In this document: one piece after another, positions 36,392-44,864 of the stretch
Layout of the letters: each line of letters opens with the position of its first letter
Numbering within the stretch: position 1 is the stretch's first letter
Source of the DNA: a virus
Taxonomy: Duplodnaviria; Caudoviricetes
IMG/VR virus record: IMGVR_UViG_3300017700_000797
Span: 1 to 48,387 of that record
Direction: 5' to 3' (one strand)
DNA: 48,387 nt
Notes under the pieces: model-generated
What the model saw: the letters and a program-made list of their open reading frames with translations, nothing else
What the model was told of the DNA's origin: nothing
Database searches by the model: none
Position numbers and translations under genes: made by a program

Positions 36392-36703
36392 CTAGGCTCC
36401 TTCCGGTGGCTGTGGGGCGGCGTTAGCCATAGCGACCCGAGTAGCGGCGAGGTGCTCATTCACGGCGTCGTAATGGTGCAGGGCGTATTCGCTGATTGCG
36501 GCGCGCAACGTGACGAAGGTTTCGTTGGCAAGTGCCATGTTGCCCTGTTCACATGCGCCGTGGAAAACACGAAGCAGAGTGACAACGTGTAAAGGGCTGA
36601 CAACAGGGTGAGGTACGATGTCGAGAGGGAATCCGGGGAGAGGGGGCTCCGGGGTGAAAGCTGAACGGGGCGTAAGCGGGTGATTGGTACGGGTAATAGG
36701 CAT
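36392..36703 (-). CDS. Hypothetical protein
   Basis: AAGGAG RBS; packed in early operon. Confidence 0.5.
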   Translation of the reverse strand: MPITRTNHPLTPRSAFTPEPPLPGFPLDIVPHPVVSPLHVVTLLRVFHGACEQGNMALANETFVTLRAAISEYALHHYDAVNEHLAATRVAMANAAPQPPEGA

Positions 36704-36739
36704 GATGAGTCTCCTTTAGATTAGTGAGAGGGAGTTCTA

Positions 36740-36769
36740 TGCGCGCGTTACAGTGGAGTAATGTGCGCA
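36740..36769. repeat. Dispersed palindrome copy 11
   Basis: GTTCTA-TGCGCGCGTTAC-agtgga-GTAATGTGCGCA-TAGAAC. Confidence 0.95.
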
Positions 36770-36786
36770 TAGAACCCGGTTCGGAA

Positions 36787-37485
36787 TTAGGCCTTGGCCG
36801 AATCGTTGCTTTTACCCTTGCCACGTGGCTTGGCCTTAGGCGCGGGGAACGATGGGACAATAGGGGCTTCCGGGGCAGGTGTCAATTCCTCTTCCGGTTC
36901 CTCTTCCGGTTGCTCTTCCGAGCCGTCGTCGGCCTCAACGTCCATGCCGCCCCCGACCATCAGGGTATCGAGCAATGCATCGGAGTCTACGCCCGTGGTA
37001 TTCGCCGTTTCCACCTGCAATTGCGCGATGATTTCCACGATCCGTGGATTCTTCCGCAGGGAGGCCACTTCATCCTTGGAACGGGCTTCGAGCCATGCCA
37101 TAGCATCGGCGCGGCTTTTGCTGGTGAGGCGCATAACGGCGCGCAAGAGGAGGCCGCCCTTGTTGCCACCCCCTTCGCCGTTGCCACGGGCCTTGTTCCA
37201 CGTGGAACCTTCCGGCAGCGTGATGCGGTTATAGACGTCGAGCACGGCATTGTATTTGTCGGTGATGGTCGCGGTGCGCCCGGTGTCAGGATCGCGGGCG
37301 ATGGCTGCGGCATCGATGAGCTTTTGCTTCAAGCCGTGCATCATCGCCGCGTGCTGGATTTCCGGCGAGAGGGAGAGGGAATCAACGGTCAGGCGCTCGC
37401 CGTTGGCGAACGTGAGGGAGAGGATAGGGCCAGCGATTTCGGCGCTGACTGCGGTTGCGAGTTTTTTGTTTTGTGCGGTTGCCAT
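36787..37485 (-). CDS. Hypothetical protein, paralog of 31513-32178
   Basis: Shared motifs (see paralog); acidic then basic tail. Confidence 0.8.
   Translation of the reverse strand: MATAQNKKLATAVSAEIAGPILSLTFANGERLTVDSLSLSPEIQHAAMMHGLKQKLIDAAAIARDPDTGRTATITDKYNAVLDVYNRITLPEGSTWNKARGNGEGGGNKGGLLLRAVMRLTSKSRADAMAWLEARSKDEVASLRKNPRIVEIIAQLQVETANTTGVDSDALLDTLMVGGGMDVEADDGSEEQPEEEPEEELTPAPEAPIVPSFPAPKAKPRGKGKSNDSAKA
37194..37209. promoter_or_regulatory. parS: parS site 2 (inside CDS)
   Basis: TGTTCCACGTGGAACC. Confidence 0.85.
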
Positions 37486-37579
37486 GATTGAGCCTCTTTA
37501 GTGGTTACGGTTATGCGCATGTGCGCTGGGAAGAATATCCCCGTTAGGCTCGCGTTATGAGCTGCCTAACGGTGAGAAT

Positions 37580-37789
37580 CTATTCAATGCCGAGAGTGTC
37601 TTGTGCCAGCCCGATAGGCATAGCGCCATAGGCACGGCCCCCGATAGAATCTTGGATGTGCGCCGCCCAATAGGAGGTGGCATAGTCGCGCTCATCGTCT
37701 GTAAGCTTTGGCAAACATACGTCGATAGCCTTTTGGATACTGGCTTGACATGCGAGGATAGCGCGGGCCGTTTTCTTGGTCATTGGCAT
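37580..37789 (-). CDS. Hypothetical protein
   Basis: AGGAG RBS, 69 aa. Confidence 0.55.
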   Translation of the reverse strand: MPMTKKTARAILACQASIQKAIDVCLPKLTDDERDYATSYWAAHIQDSIGGRAYGAMPIGLAQDTLGIE

Positions 37790-37817
37790 GATTGATGCTC
37801 CTAATAAGGGGGTGAAA

Positions 37818-38120
37818 TTACCACGTAGGGAAGTCGTTTGCCTCAATTGCCGGGAATGGGTTCTCCCCGTTGCGCCAGCCGCTTTGCCCATCCGGCATCA
37901 AGTACCATTTGTCATCCGACGGCGAGAGGGCATATACCCAGCCGTGGTACTCGAAATGTGGCACACGTTGATTGTGACTATGCCCGGCGAAAGCCCCGGC
38001 AACCGTGCCATCGGTGCCATCGCCCCATATGACCATATCATAGGCCAGCTTGGCTTTGTACGTGCGGTACTCAATGCCGAAATCGGCGAGTACACGGGTT
38101 TTGAAATCGGCTTCAAGCAT
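37818..38120 (-). CDS. Hypothetical protein
   Basis: GGAG RBS, 100 aa. Confidence 0.55.
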   Translation of the reverse strand: MLEADFKTRVLADFGIEYRTYKAKLAYDMVIWGDGTDGTVAGAFAGHSHNQRVPHFEYHGWVYALSPSDDKWYLMPDGQSGWRNGENPFPAIEANDFPTW

Positions 38121-38171
38121 GATGCGTGCTCCTATTTGTTAGCGGGGGCAGGATTGTCCCGGTTAGCCTCA

Positions 38172-38187
38172 TGTTTCACGTGGAACA
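38172..38187. promoter_or_regulatory. parS: parS site 3
   Basis: TGTTTCACGTGGAACA, nested in a longer CGGTTAGCC...GGCTAACCG inverted repeat. Confidence 0.9.
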
Positions 38188-38219
38188 CTGGCTAACCGTG
38201 AGAGTCCAGCGGTTCGGGT

Positions 38220-38522
38220 TTAGCCTAGTGTGGTGCGGCGATGGGCTTCGTATTCCAAATGACGGTGTTTGGTGCCTTCGATGAGGGCATAGCCGTAGTC
38301 GGTCAGGTCATACGCTTCGCCGTCCCAGCCAATAATCCCGGCTTTGGAGAGGGTATCCAAGGCAACGAGGCTTGCGTAATGATGGGCACCGATAGTCAGG
38401 CATTCGGCAAACGCCGGTTCGGTGCATTGAGTCGAGCACTCGGCATGGATCGCGTAGAGTTCCTGCGGGCCGCATGCGGCGATGAGGTCGAAGATGCATT
38501 CCGTGGCGTAGTAGTGTTTCAT
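38220..38522 (-). CDS. Hypothetical protein (possible winged-helix-like C-terminus)
   Basis: LDTLSKAGII...YDLTDYG; AGGAG RBS. Confidence 0.55.
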   Translation of the reverse strand: MKHYYATECIFDLIAACGPQELYAIHAECSTQCTEPAFAECLTIGAHHYASLVALDTLSKAGIIGWDGEAYDLTDYGYALIEGTKHRHLEYEAHRRTTLG

Positions 38523-38608
38523 GGGGGGAGACTCCTAACGGTTAATGAGGTGGACAATCGGACGGCTGAGAGTCCAGCCGGTTACAGCACATGCGATGAG
38601 GACGAGGA

Positions 38609-38776
38609 TCATGCCACGACTACGCTAGCAACCAGTTGCACGGCGTCATAATCAATGCGTGCGGCGCATGTGTGCCCATTCAATGCCGCCCATGCCGTAA
38701 CACGGTCAGCGGCATGGATGCATACATTAGTGATGAATTCGCCGTCGAGGTAGAGGTCAAAACTAAATGCGTACAT
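38609..38776 (-). CDS. Hypothetical protein (first early gene)
   Basis: GGAG RBS, ATG 38776, downstream of a sigma70-like promoter. Confidence 0.5.
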   Translation of the reverse strand: MYAFSFDLYLDGEFITNVCIHAADRVTAWAALNGHTCAARIDYDAVQLVASVVVA

Positions 38777-38821
38777 GGCTGACTCCGGTTCGGTGAGGCA
38801 CGTCGTGTGCCGATGAAATTC

Positions 38822-38849
38822 ATTGTACGCCGATGGTTGAGGGTTGCAA
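38822..38849 (-). promoter_or_regulatory. Putative early sigma70 promoter
   Basis: Minus strand TTGCAA-N16-TACAAT. Confidence 0.6.
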
Positions 38850-38907
38850 GCGGTTTCAATCAAATAGATGCAAATAGTTTCCAGCCTCTCCGGCGGGGTA
38901 TGTTTTG

Positions 38908-38937
38908 CCCTCACATTACTCCGGTGTAATGTGCGCG
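38908..38937. repeat. Dispersed palindrome copy 12
   Basis: CCCTCACATTAC-tccggt-GTAATGTGCGCG. Confidence 0.9.
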
Positions 38938-39489
38938 CCGAACTACCCCGACACTCTCCAGGCTACCGAAAACCGGCCAGCCGCGTCAAACCGGTTTGGA
39001 TGGCTCGTCACGGCACGCTGGCTCAGGTTGATAGGAACATACCAGCCGCTCGGCGTTCGTGCCACCACGGCGTTTTCCCCCTTTCAGGCACGCATCTTGC
39101 TAGTCGGCGCAACTCTTCTATAAGAGTCAGCCTCACTCTTCTATAAGACTGCTGTTGCTATGGTCAGCGGCTCAGCAATAGAGCGCGGCTATCGTTGCGG
39201 GCCGAGTCCAGGCTGCGTAGCGGTGTTGTCAGAGTGATAACGAAATGGGTAAAGCGGGGCGCGGCTGGCTACGCCGACAACGAGCACGGGTGGGAATCAG
39301 GAGGGGAGGGCGATGAGGGATGAGGGGGCATTGTACTATGTGCACCACAGTTCCCTACCCAATATCCCGCCCGCGCACGTGTACCCATGCGAATACTGTA
39401 CCGAGTGGTATTCGGTCAATGCTATCGATTCCTCGCAGGTGATAGTCGAGGTATGCTATCGATAGTAGGCAGGTGATAGCTGGAAGCTA

Positions 39490-39505
39490 TGTTCCACGTG
39501 GAACC
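39490..39505. promoter_or_regulatory. parS: parS site 4
   Basis: TGTTCCACGTGGAACC. Confidence 0.85.
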
Positions 39506-39648
39506 CTTGGCTACGATTGGGATTGCCTATCGCGCTAGCGCCATGTTCGCGAAATGAGCGTTATGTCAAATGCACGCTGGTGCGTTATCGATAGCTATTG
39601 CCAATCGCCGAGGGGCTGAGTCGAGAGTAGCAGGCACGCTCCTTGCTA

Positions 39649-39706
39649 GGGGGGGGGGGGGGGGGGGGCCTGGGAATCTGGAATTGGAGGGGGGGGGGGG
39701 GGGGGG
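39649..39706. repeat. Two poly-G tracts (~20 and ~18 G) separated by 20 bp
   Basis: Directly visible homopolymers; exact lengths are unreliable. Confidence 0.8.
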
Positions 39707-39818
39707 AAACTCAGGCCGCGCAAATGTACGTAATACACCTCGGGAGATTTTTGCAAATTTTCCACAAGAGTGTTGTCACTTTGTCTACTCCCTCCTCTCC
39801 TCAGTCCTGCTAGTTCTG

Positions 39819-39848
39819 CCCTCACGTTACTAGCGAGTAATGCGCGCG
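39819..39848. repeat. Dispersed palindrome copy 13
   Basis: CCCTCACGTTAC-tagcga-GTAATGCGCGCG. Confidence 0.9.
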
Positions 39849-40022
39849 CCGAATGGTTATTAAGGAACAGCAATTAGCAGTAGGGACGGCGCATGGCTTA
39901 TACCCGTTAGTATTACTGAGCACTTTGCTAGTCGCTACTTCCTCGTGTCAGTTCACGTGTTGCTGTTAGTTGCAGTCAAAGGAACTATCATTGCATCATA
40001 CCACAGCGAGCAGGAGAACGAT

Positions 40023-40385
40023 ATGGCAGGAGCACAGCAAATCGACAAGGTGAAGCACATTCACGAGTGCATCATCAATGACATGATTGCGGAGCCCACT
40101 GTCACGCAAGTGGAGCTGTGCGAGCGCTTTGGCTACACGCGGGGCTGGATGTCGCGGGTTATTAACAGTGACAGCTTCCAGGCACGGCTGGCGCAACGCC
40201 GGCAGGAGCTACTCGATCCCGACCTCAAGGCGAAGTTGAACCAGCGGCTGGAAGCAGTGGTTACGCAGAGCATGAACCATATCCAGACGCGGCTGAACTC
40301 CTCGGAAGCCAGTGCTGACTTGGCACTGGCGAGCCTCGGAGTAGCTGCGGCCGGGCTTGGCGTGTTGAACCCACCGAAGCGGTAA
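40023..40385 (+). CDS. HTH-like protein, putative terminase small subunit (paralog A)
   Basis: TQVELCERFGYTRGWMSRVINSDSFQ; AGGAG RBS; upstream of terL. Confidence 0.6.
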   Translation: MAGAQQIDKVKHIHECIINDMIAEPTVTQVELCERFGYTRGWMSRVINSDSFQARLAQRRQELLDPDLKAKLNQRLEAVVTQSMNHIQTRLNSSEASADLALASLGVAAAGLGVLNPPKR

Positions 40386-40389
40386 AGCC

Positions 40390-40983
40390 ATGTCTACGAC
40401 AATTGAAGAGAACTCGGACGCGCTGCTGGACATCCTGCTTGGTGGGGAAGTGCCAGTTGCAGCAGCGTCTCCGGTGTTCACCTCGAAGGCAACTGCGAAA
40501 GCCACTGCCGAGCGCAAACCTGTCTACCATCCCGATGCGATGGTGCAGCTCATGGTCGAGCACCCTGAGTACACGCACGAAGAGTTCGCAGCGTACTTCG
40601 GCTACAAGCAGTCCTGGTTCGCCGGGGTGCTGATCAGCGACCGTTTCCAGAAAGCGCTGGAGCCGCGCCGGCACGAGATCAGCAACCCGATGCTAACCGG
40701 CACAATGCAAGATCTCTTTCGCTCGATGACGGTGCAATCCCTGGTGGTGCTGCAGCAGCGGCTGGAAGATCCAAAGGTGAGCGAGGACTTGATTATCAAA
40801 GCGATTACGGCTGGGGTGAAGGCTTTGGGCATGGGCACGCCGGGCATGGCGCTGGAAGTTCCAGTGGCTCCGCCGACGCTCGACCAACTCGCCAGCCGGC
40901 TGTCCAAGCCGAAGGCAATTGTTGCCAGTACCGAGGCCCGTGACTGGACGATCGAAGCTTCCCTCAATGAGATTCCGCGCTAA
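40390..40983 (+). CDS. HTH-like protein, putative terminase small subunit (paralog B)
   Basis: THEEFAAYFGYKQSWFAGVLISDRFQ; abuts terL. Confidence 0.6.
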   Translation: MSTTIEENSDALLDILLGGEVPVAAASPVFTSKATAKATAERKPVYHPDAMVQLMVEHPEYTHEEFAAYFGYKQSWFAGVLISDRFQKALEPRRHEISNPMLTGTMQDLFRSMTVQSLVVLQQRLEDPKVSEDLIIKAITAGVKALGMGTPGMALEVPVAPPTLDQLASRLSKPKAIVASTEARDWTIEASLNEIPR

Positions 40984-42449
40984 TGGCCCTCAAGCAAACA
41001 AAAATCACCCCGGAGCTCCTTGAGGGCTTCGCTGCACATTACATCAGCCCTCAGTATGACGATGCGCAGCCGACGCCGCAGTTCCACCGGGATTGCTGGG
41101 GGCTGTACTGTCAGCCGCTGCTGCAATGTGGGGTTGCTGCTCCTCGTGGCCATGCGAAGACCACTGCGCTTACTACGGATTACATCCTTGCCGAAATCCT
41201 CTTCCGGAGTGAGGAGTACGTCATCCTCGTAAGCTCCAATGAGGAAATGGCGATTGAGCTCTTGGGGGATATCACCCGTGAACTCAGCGACAATGAAGAC
41301 CTCATCGAAGACTTCCAAATCAAGGGCTTCCTCACATGTGCCAAGACGGATATCATCGTGGAATTCAAAGATGGGCACCAGTGCCGAATCCTGGCTCGCG
41401 GAAGCGGTCAGAAAATGCGGGGCCGCAAATGGCGGGGTAAGCGCCCCGGACTCATTGTCTGTGATGACCTTGAAGACGATGAACAAGTCGAGAACATTGA
41501 GCGTCGCAATAAGTTTCGGCGATGGTTCTATCGGGCGCTTAAGCCTGCACTGCGCAAAGGTGGTCGACTGCGAATTCATGGCACTATTCTGCACGAGGAC
41601 TCGCTGCTAGCGCGGCTGATGAAGGACAAGACCTGGCATACGCAGTTCTACCGTGCGCACGCTGGGTTCGATGACTTCACCGACATCCTGTGGCCGGAAC
41701 AGTTCAGCGAAGAGCGTCTGCGCGGGATTCGTCAGTCCTTCATCGAGCAGTTCGACTCCAGCGGCTACTCGCAAGAGTACCTCAACGATCCCTTCGACAA
41801 TAGTGAAGCCTACCTGCGCAAGGATGACTTCATCGAACAAAACGACGACGAGAAAGAGCTGCCGAAAAAGATCAACGTCGGTATCGACTTCGCCATTAGC
41901 AAGAAACAAAAAGCGAATCGTACTTCCATGACTGTCGGAGGGCAGTGCGCTGGCAACCTCCTTCATATCGAGGACCAGCACGTAGGCCGCTGGGACTTGC
42001 TCGAAATTGTCGAAGAGATGTTTGATCTCCAGGCTCGCTATGAGCCGGAGCTGTTCATTGTCGAGGACGGTATTATCTGGAAAGCCATCTCCCCCGTGCT
42101 CAACGCGGAGATGCTGAAACGTGACATCTACCTGAACATCCAAGCCATCCTCCCAATCAATGACAAGAAAACCAACGGCCGCTCTTTTCAGAAGCGGATG
42201 AAAGCAGGAGCTTGCCGCTTCAACAAGCAAGGGACATGGTACGCCGGGTATGAGGCTGAGCTCTTGCGCTTTACCGGCGACTCCGATGCTGTGCTGGACG
42301 ATCAATTCGACTCCACTGCGTTGCTGAGCCGGGGATTGGAAATGGCCAAGATCCTCGAAGAAGACGACTTCCTCGATGAAGATGAACTCTACAGCCGTCG
42401 CCGGGATAAGCCGGAAGCCTCAGGGCGCAACAAATACACTGGCTACTAA
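40983..42449 (+). CDS. terL: Terminase large subunit
   Basis: Walker A APRGHAKTT, Walker B LIVCDDLE, GTILH, SQEYLN, GIDFA, DDQFDS nuclease motifs. Confidence 0.93.
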   Translation: MALKQTKITPELLEGFAAHYISPQYDDAQPTPQFHRDCWGLYCQPLLQCGVAAPRGHAKTTALTTDYILAEILFRSEEYVILVSSNEEMAIELLGDITRELSDNEDLIEDFQIKGFLTCAKTDIIVEFKDGHQCRILARGSGQKMRGRKWRGKRPGLIVCDDLEDDEQVENIERRNKFRRWFYRALKPALRKGGRLRIHGTILHEDSLLARLMKDKTWHTQFYRAHAGFDDFTDILWPEQFSEERLRGIRQSFIEQFDSSGYSQEYLNDPFDNSEAYLRKDDFIEQNDDEKELPKKINVGIDFAISKKQKANRTSMTVGGQCAGNLLHIEDQHVGRWDLLEIVEEMFDLQARYEPELFIVEDGIIWKAISPVLNAEMLKRDIYLNIQAILPINDKKTNGRSFQKRMKAGACRFNKQGTWYAGYEAELLRFTGDSDAVLDDQFDSTALLSRGLEMAKILEEDDFLDEDELYSRRRDKPEASGRNKYTGY

Positions 42450-42460
42450 AAGGAACTCCG

Positions 42461-44656
42461 ATGCCACAGCCACAGAATGTTAACAATCAAACCGACAGCC
42501 AAGTGAAGATTCCGAAGCTCAGCTTCAAGACGCTGCTGGACTCCCCAAACATCGCAACCGCGCTGCCGGAGGACTACCGCGATGTGCTCGGACAGCAAGT
42601 CGTGGAAGGCTATCGAACCGACCGCTCTTCCCGCAAGGAGTGGGAGCAGAAAAACGGGGAAGGTATCAAGCTCGCGCTGCAAGTTACCGAAGCAAAGAGC
42701 TTCCCGTGGGCCGGGTGCTCTAACATCAAGTTTCCGCTGGTAACGATTGCTTGTCTCCAATTCCTGTCGCGGGTTGCGATCCTGACCAAGGGACGTGCTA
42801 TCGCAAAGTGCGATGTGCTAGGGCTTGACCCTTCCGGCATGGAATTCAAGCGCTCCAATCGCATCGCGGATCACCTGTCGTTCCAGCTCCTCGAAGACGA
42901 CGATTCCTGGCTGGACGACGATGAGAAAGCGAAGTTCGCCGCCAGCATCGTTGGTTGCGCGTTCAAGAAAACCTTCTTCGACCCTGTAATGGGGAAGAAC
43001 CAGTCACCGCATGTGCCAGCTGCGAAGCTGGTTGTCGACTACTACACCAAGGACATCGACAAGGCCAATCGCGTGACACATGAACTAGACATGACACCGA
43101 ACATGCTGAAGGAGCGCGAGCGCCAGGGAGTGTTCTTCCCTGTTGACGCGACTCGCCAAGACCTCCCTTCGACGAACGAGCTGCAGGAAATCCAGGACGA
43201 AATCCAAGGCCTTACGCCTCCAGCTGACGATTCCCTCAACATCACCTGTGTGCTGGAGCAGCACCTGTGGCTGGACCTCGACGGCGACGGCTACCAGGAA
43301 CCGTACGTGGCTTACGTCACAGCGGAAACCGGTCAAGTTCTGCGGCTCGTCGCTCGCTTCTACGATTTGGGTGACGTAACCCGCAAAAACGACGGGCTGG
43401 TGCGAAAGCTCGAAGCCGACATGGCTGAGGCAGCTGACCTCCCAGAGCAAGTCGCCCGTTACAAGGCAGAGGTCAAGAAACTGCGCGAGGCCAGCGACAA
43501 TCACATCTTGCGGATCGAGCCGCTGCGGTACTTTACCAAAATCCCTTTCATCCCAAGTCCCGATGGTGGCTTCTACGACCTGGGTCTGGGCGCGTTGCTT
43601 GGCCCGATGAACGCGGCAGTCGACAGCCTCGTCAATCAGCTAATCGACAACGGAACTATGCAGAACACGGCCGGTGGCTTCCTGGGTCGGGGAGTGAAAA
43701 TGAAAGGGGGCAGCACCGGATTCGCCCCGTTCGAGTGGAAACCTGTCGACAGCACTGGCGACGACCTCCGCAAGAACATCGTGCCTCTTCCTGTGCAGGC
43801 TCCTTCCAACGTCCTGTTCCAGCTGCTCGGTATGCTCGTTTCCTACAGCGAGCGCATCAGCGGCAGCACGGACATCATGTCGGGCGTGAGCCCTGGCCAG
43901 AACACGCCAGCTGAAACCTCTCGCAACACCGTCGAACAGGGCATGAAGATCTTTTCCGGCATCTACGGCAGGATGCACCGGGCCTTCCGCCGGGAATTGC
44001 AGAAATACGTAGCGTTGAACCGCCTGTTCCTGGAAGACAACGTCGAATACTTCAACCTTGTTTCAGGTGAAGGGGCAATGATTGCTCGCGACGACTACCA
44101 GAAAGGGAAGTTCTCGGTGCGACCGTCCGCAAATCCTGCCATGGCGAGCGAAACCCAGCGCCAACAGCAAGCAATGATGCTGCGCGATGCCGCTCGCAGT
44201 GGCAATGGCTACAACATCTACGAAGTGGAGAAAAACTTCCTCGAAGCGTTCGACGTTCCGAATATCGATGTCATCTATCCTGATCCTGCCGGCCCTCTGG
44301 CCCTGCCACCGCCGCGCGATCCGAAGATGGAACTCGAAATGCAGAAGCTGGAGCTTGCTAAAATGGAATTCCACGGCAAGATGCAAATTGCTGTCGCGGA
44401 GTTGCAAGTGCAAGCTCTGCTCAACGCCTCGAAAATCACCGAATTGGAAGCGAAAGCGACCTTTGAACTGGCGCAGGCTGAAGGTGTCGATATTGGACAC
44501 CAGCTCGCTGCCATTAACGCCCAGATTGGTGCAGCAAAAACGCACCAAGATGGTATCCTGGGGACTCTGTCCCTGATGCAGACAGTAATTAAAGCCAACC
44601 ACGACTTGAAGAAGGAAGAAAATGCAAAACCAGCCAGCACCGGCAGTAAAACCTGA
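42461..44656 (+). CDS. Portal protein
   Basis: 731 aa following terL; PWAGCSN.K.PL, DLDGDG..EPY, GFY..GLG; C-terminal coiled-coil barrel. Confidence 0.85.
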   Translation: MPQPQNVNNQTDSQVKIPKLSFKTLLDSPNIATALPEDYRDVLGQQVVEGYRTDRSSRKEWEQKNGEGIKLALQVTEAKSFPWAGCSNIKFPLVTIACLQFLSRVAILTKGRAIAKCDVLGLDPSGMEFKRSNRIADHLSFQLLEDDDSWLDDDEKAKFAASIVGCAFKKTFFDPVMGKNQSPHVPAAKLVVDYYTKDIDKANRVTHELDMTPNMLKERERQGVFFPVDATRQDLPSTNELQEIQDEIQGLTPPADDSLNITCVLEQHLWLDLDGDGYQEPYVAYVTAETGQVLRLVARFYDLGDVTRKNDGLVRKLEADMAEAADLPEQVARYKAEVKKLREASDNHILRIEPLRYFTKIPFIPSPDGGFYDLGLGALLGPMNAAVDSLVNQLIDNGTMQNTAGGFLGRGVKMKGGSTGFAPFEWKPVDSTGDDLRKNIVPLPVQAPSNVLFQLLGMLVSYSERISGSTDIMSGVSPGQNTPAETSRNTVEQGMKIFSGIYGRMHRAFRRELQKYVALNRLFLEDNVEYFNLVSGEGAMIARDDYQKGKFSVRPSANPAMASETQRQQQAMMLRDAARSGNGYNIYEVEKNFLEAFDVPNIDVIYPDPAGPLALPPPRDPKMELEMQKLELAKMEFHGKMQIAVAELQVQALLNASKITELEAKATFELAQAEGVDIGHQLAAINAQIGAAKTHQDGILGTLSLMQTVIKANHDLKKEENAKPASTGSKT

Positions 44657-44864
44657 GCAAGTTCGGGAGTGGCGTCAACTCGACGCTACGAAAGCGTTCC
44701 TCGCAGACCTGGAAAACCGGGTGGAGGAAGGTAAAGACACCTGGGCCCGTCAAGGGTATCTGCAGGAGACAGTAGAAGGAACGGCGATTGCGAATGCAAA
44801 AGCCCTGGGCGGGATGGAAATCCTGCAGACATTGATCAGTTTCCTAAAAGGGGAGGAAGAATGA
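44622..44864 (+). CDS. Hypothetical protein
   Basis: EWRQLDATKAFL; small post-portal gene. Confidence 0.65.
   Translation: MQNQPAPAVKPEQVREWRQLDATKAFLADLENRVEEGKDTWARQGYLQETVEGTAIANAKALGGMEILQTLISFLKGEEE

Noticed and set aside
39570-39873. Poly-Gly / poly-Pro ORFs
   Set aside because: Artefacts of translating the poly-G tracts; no RBS or coding signal
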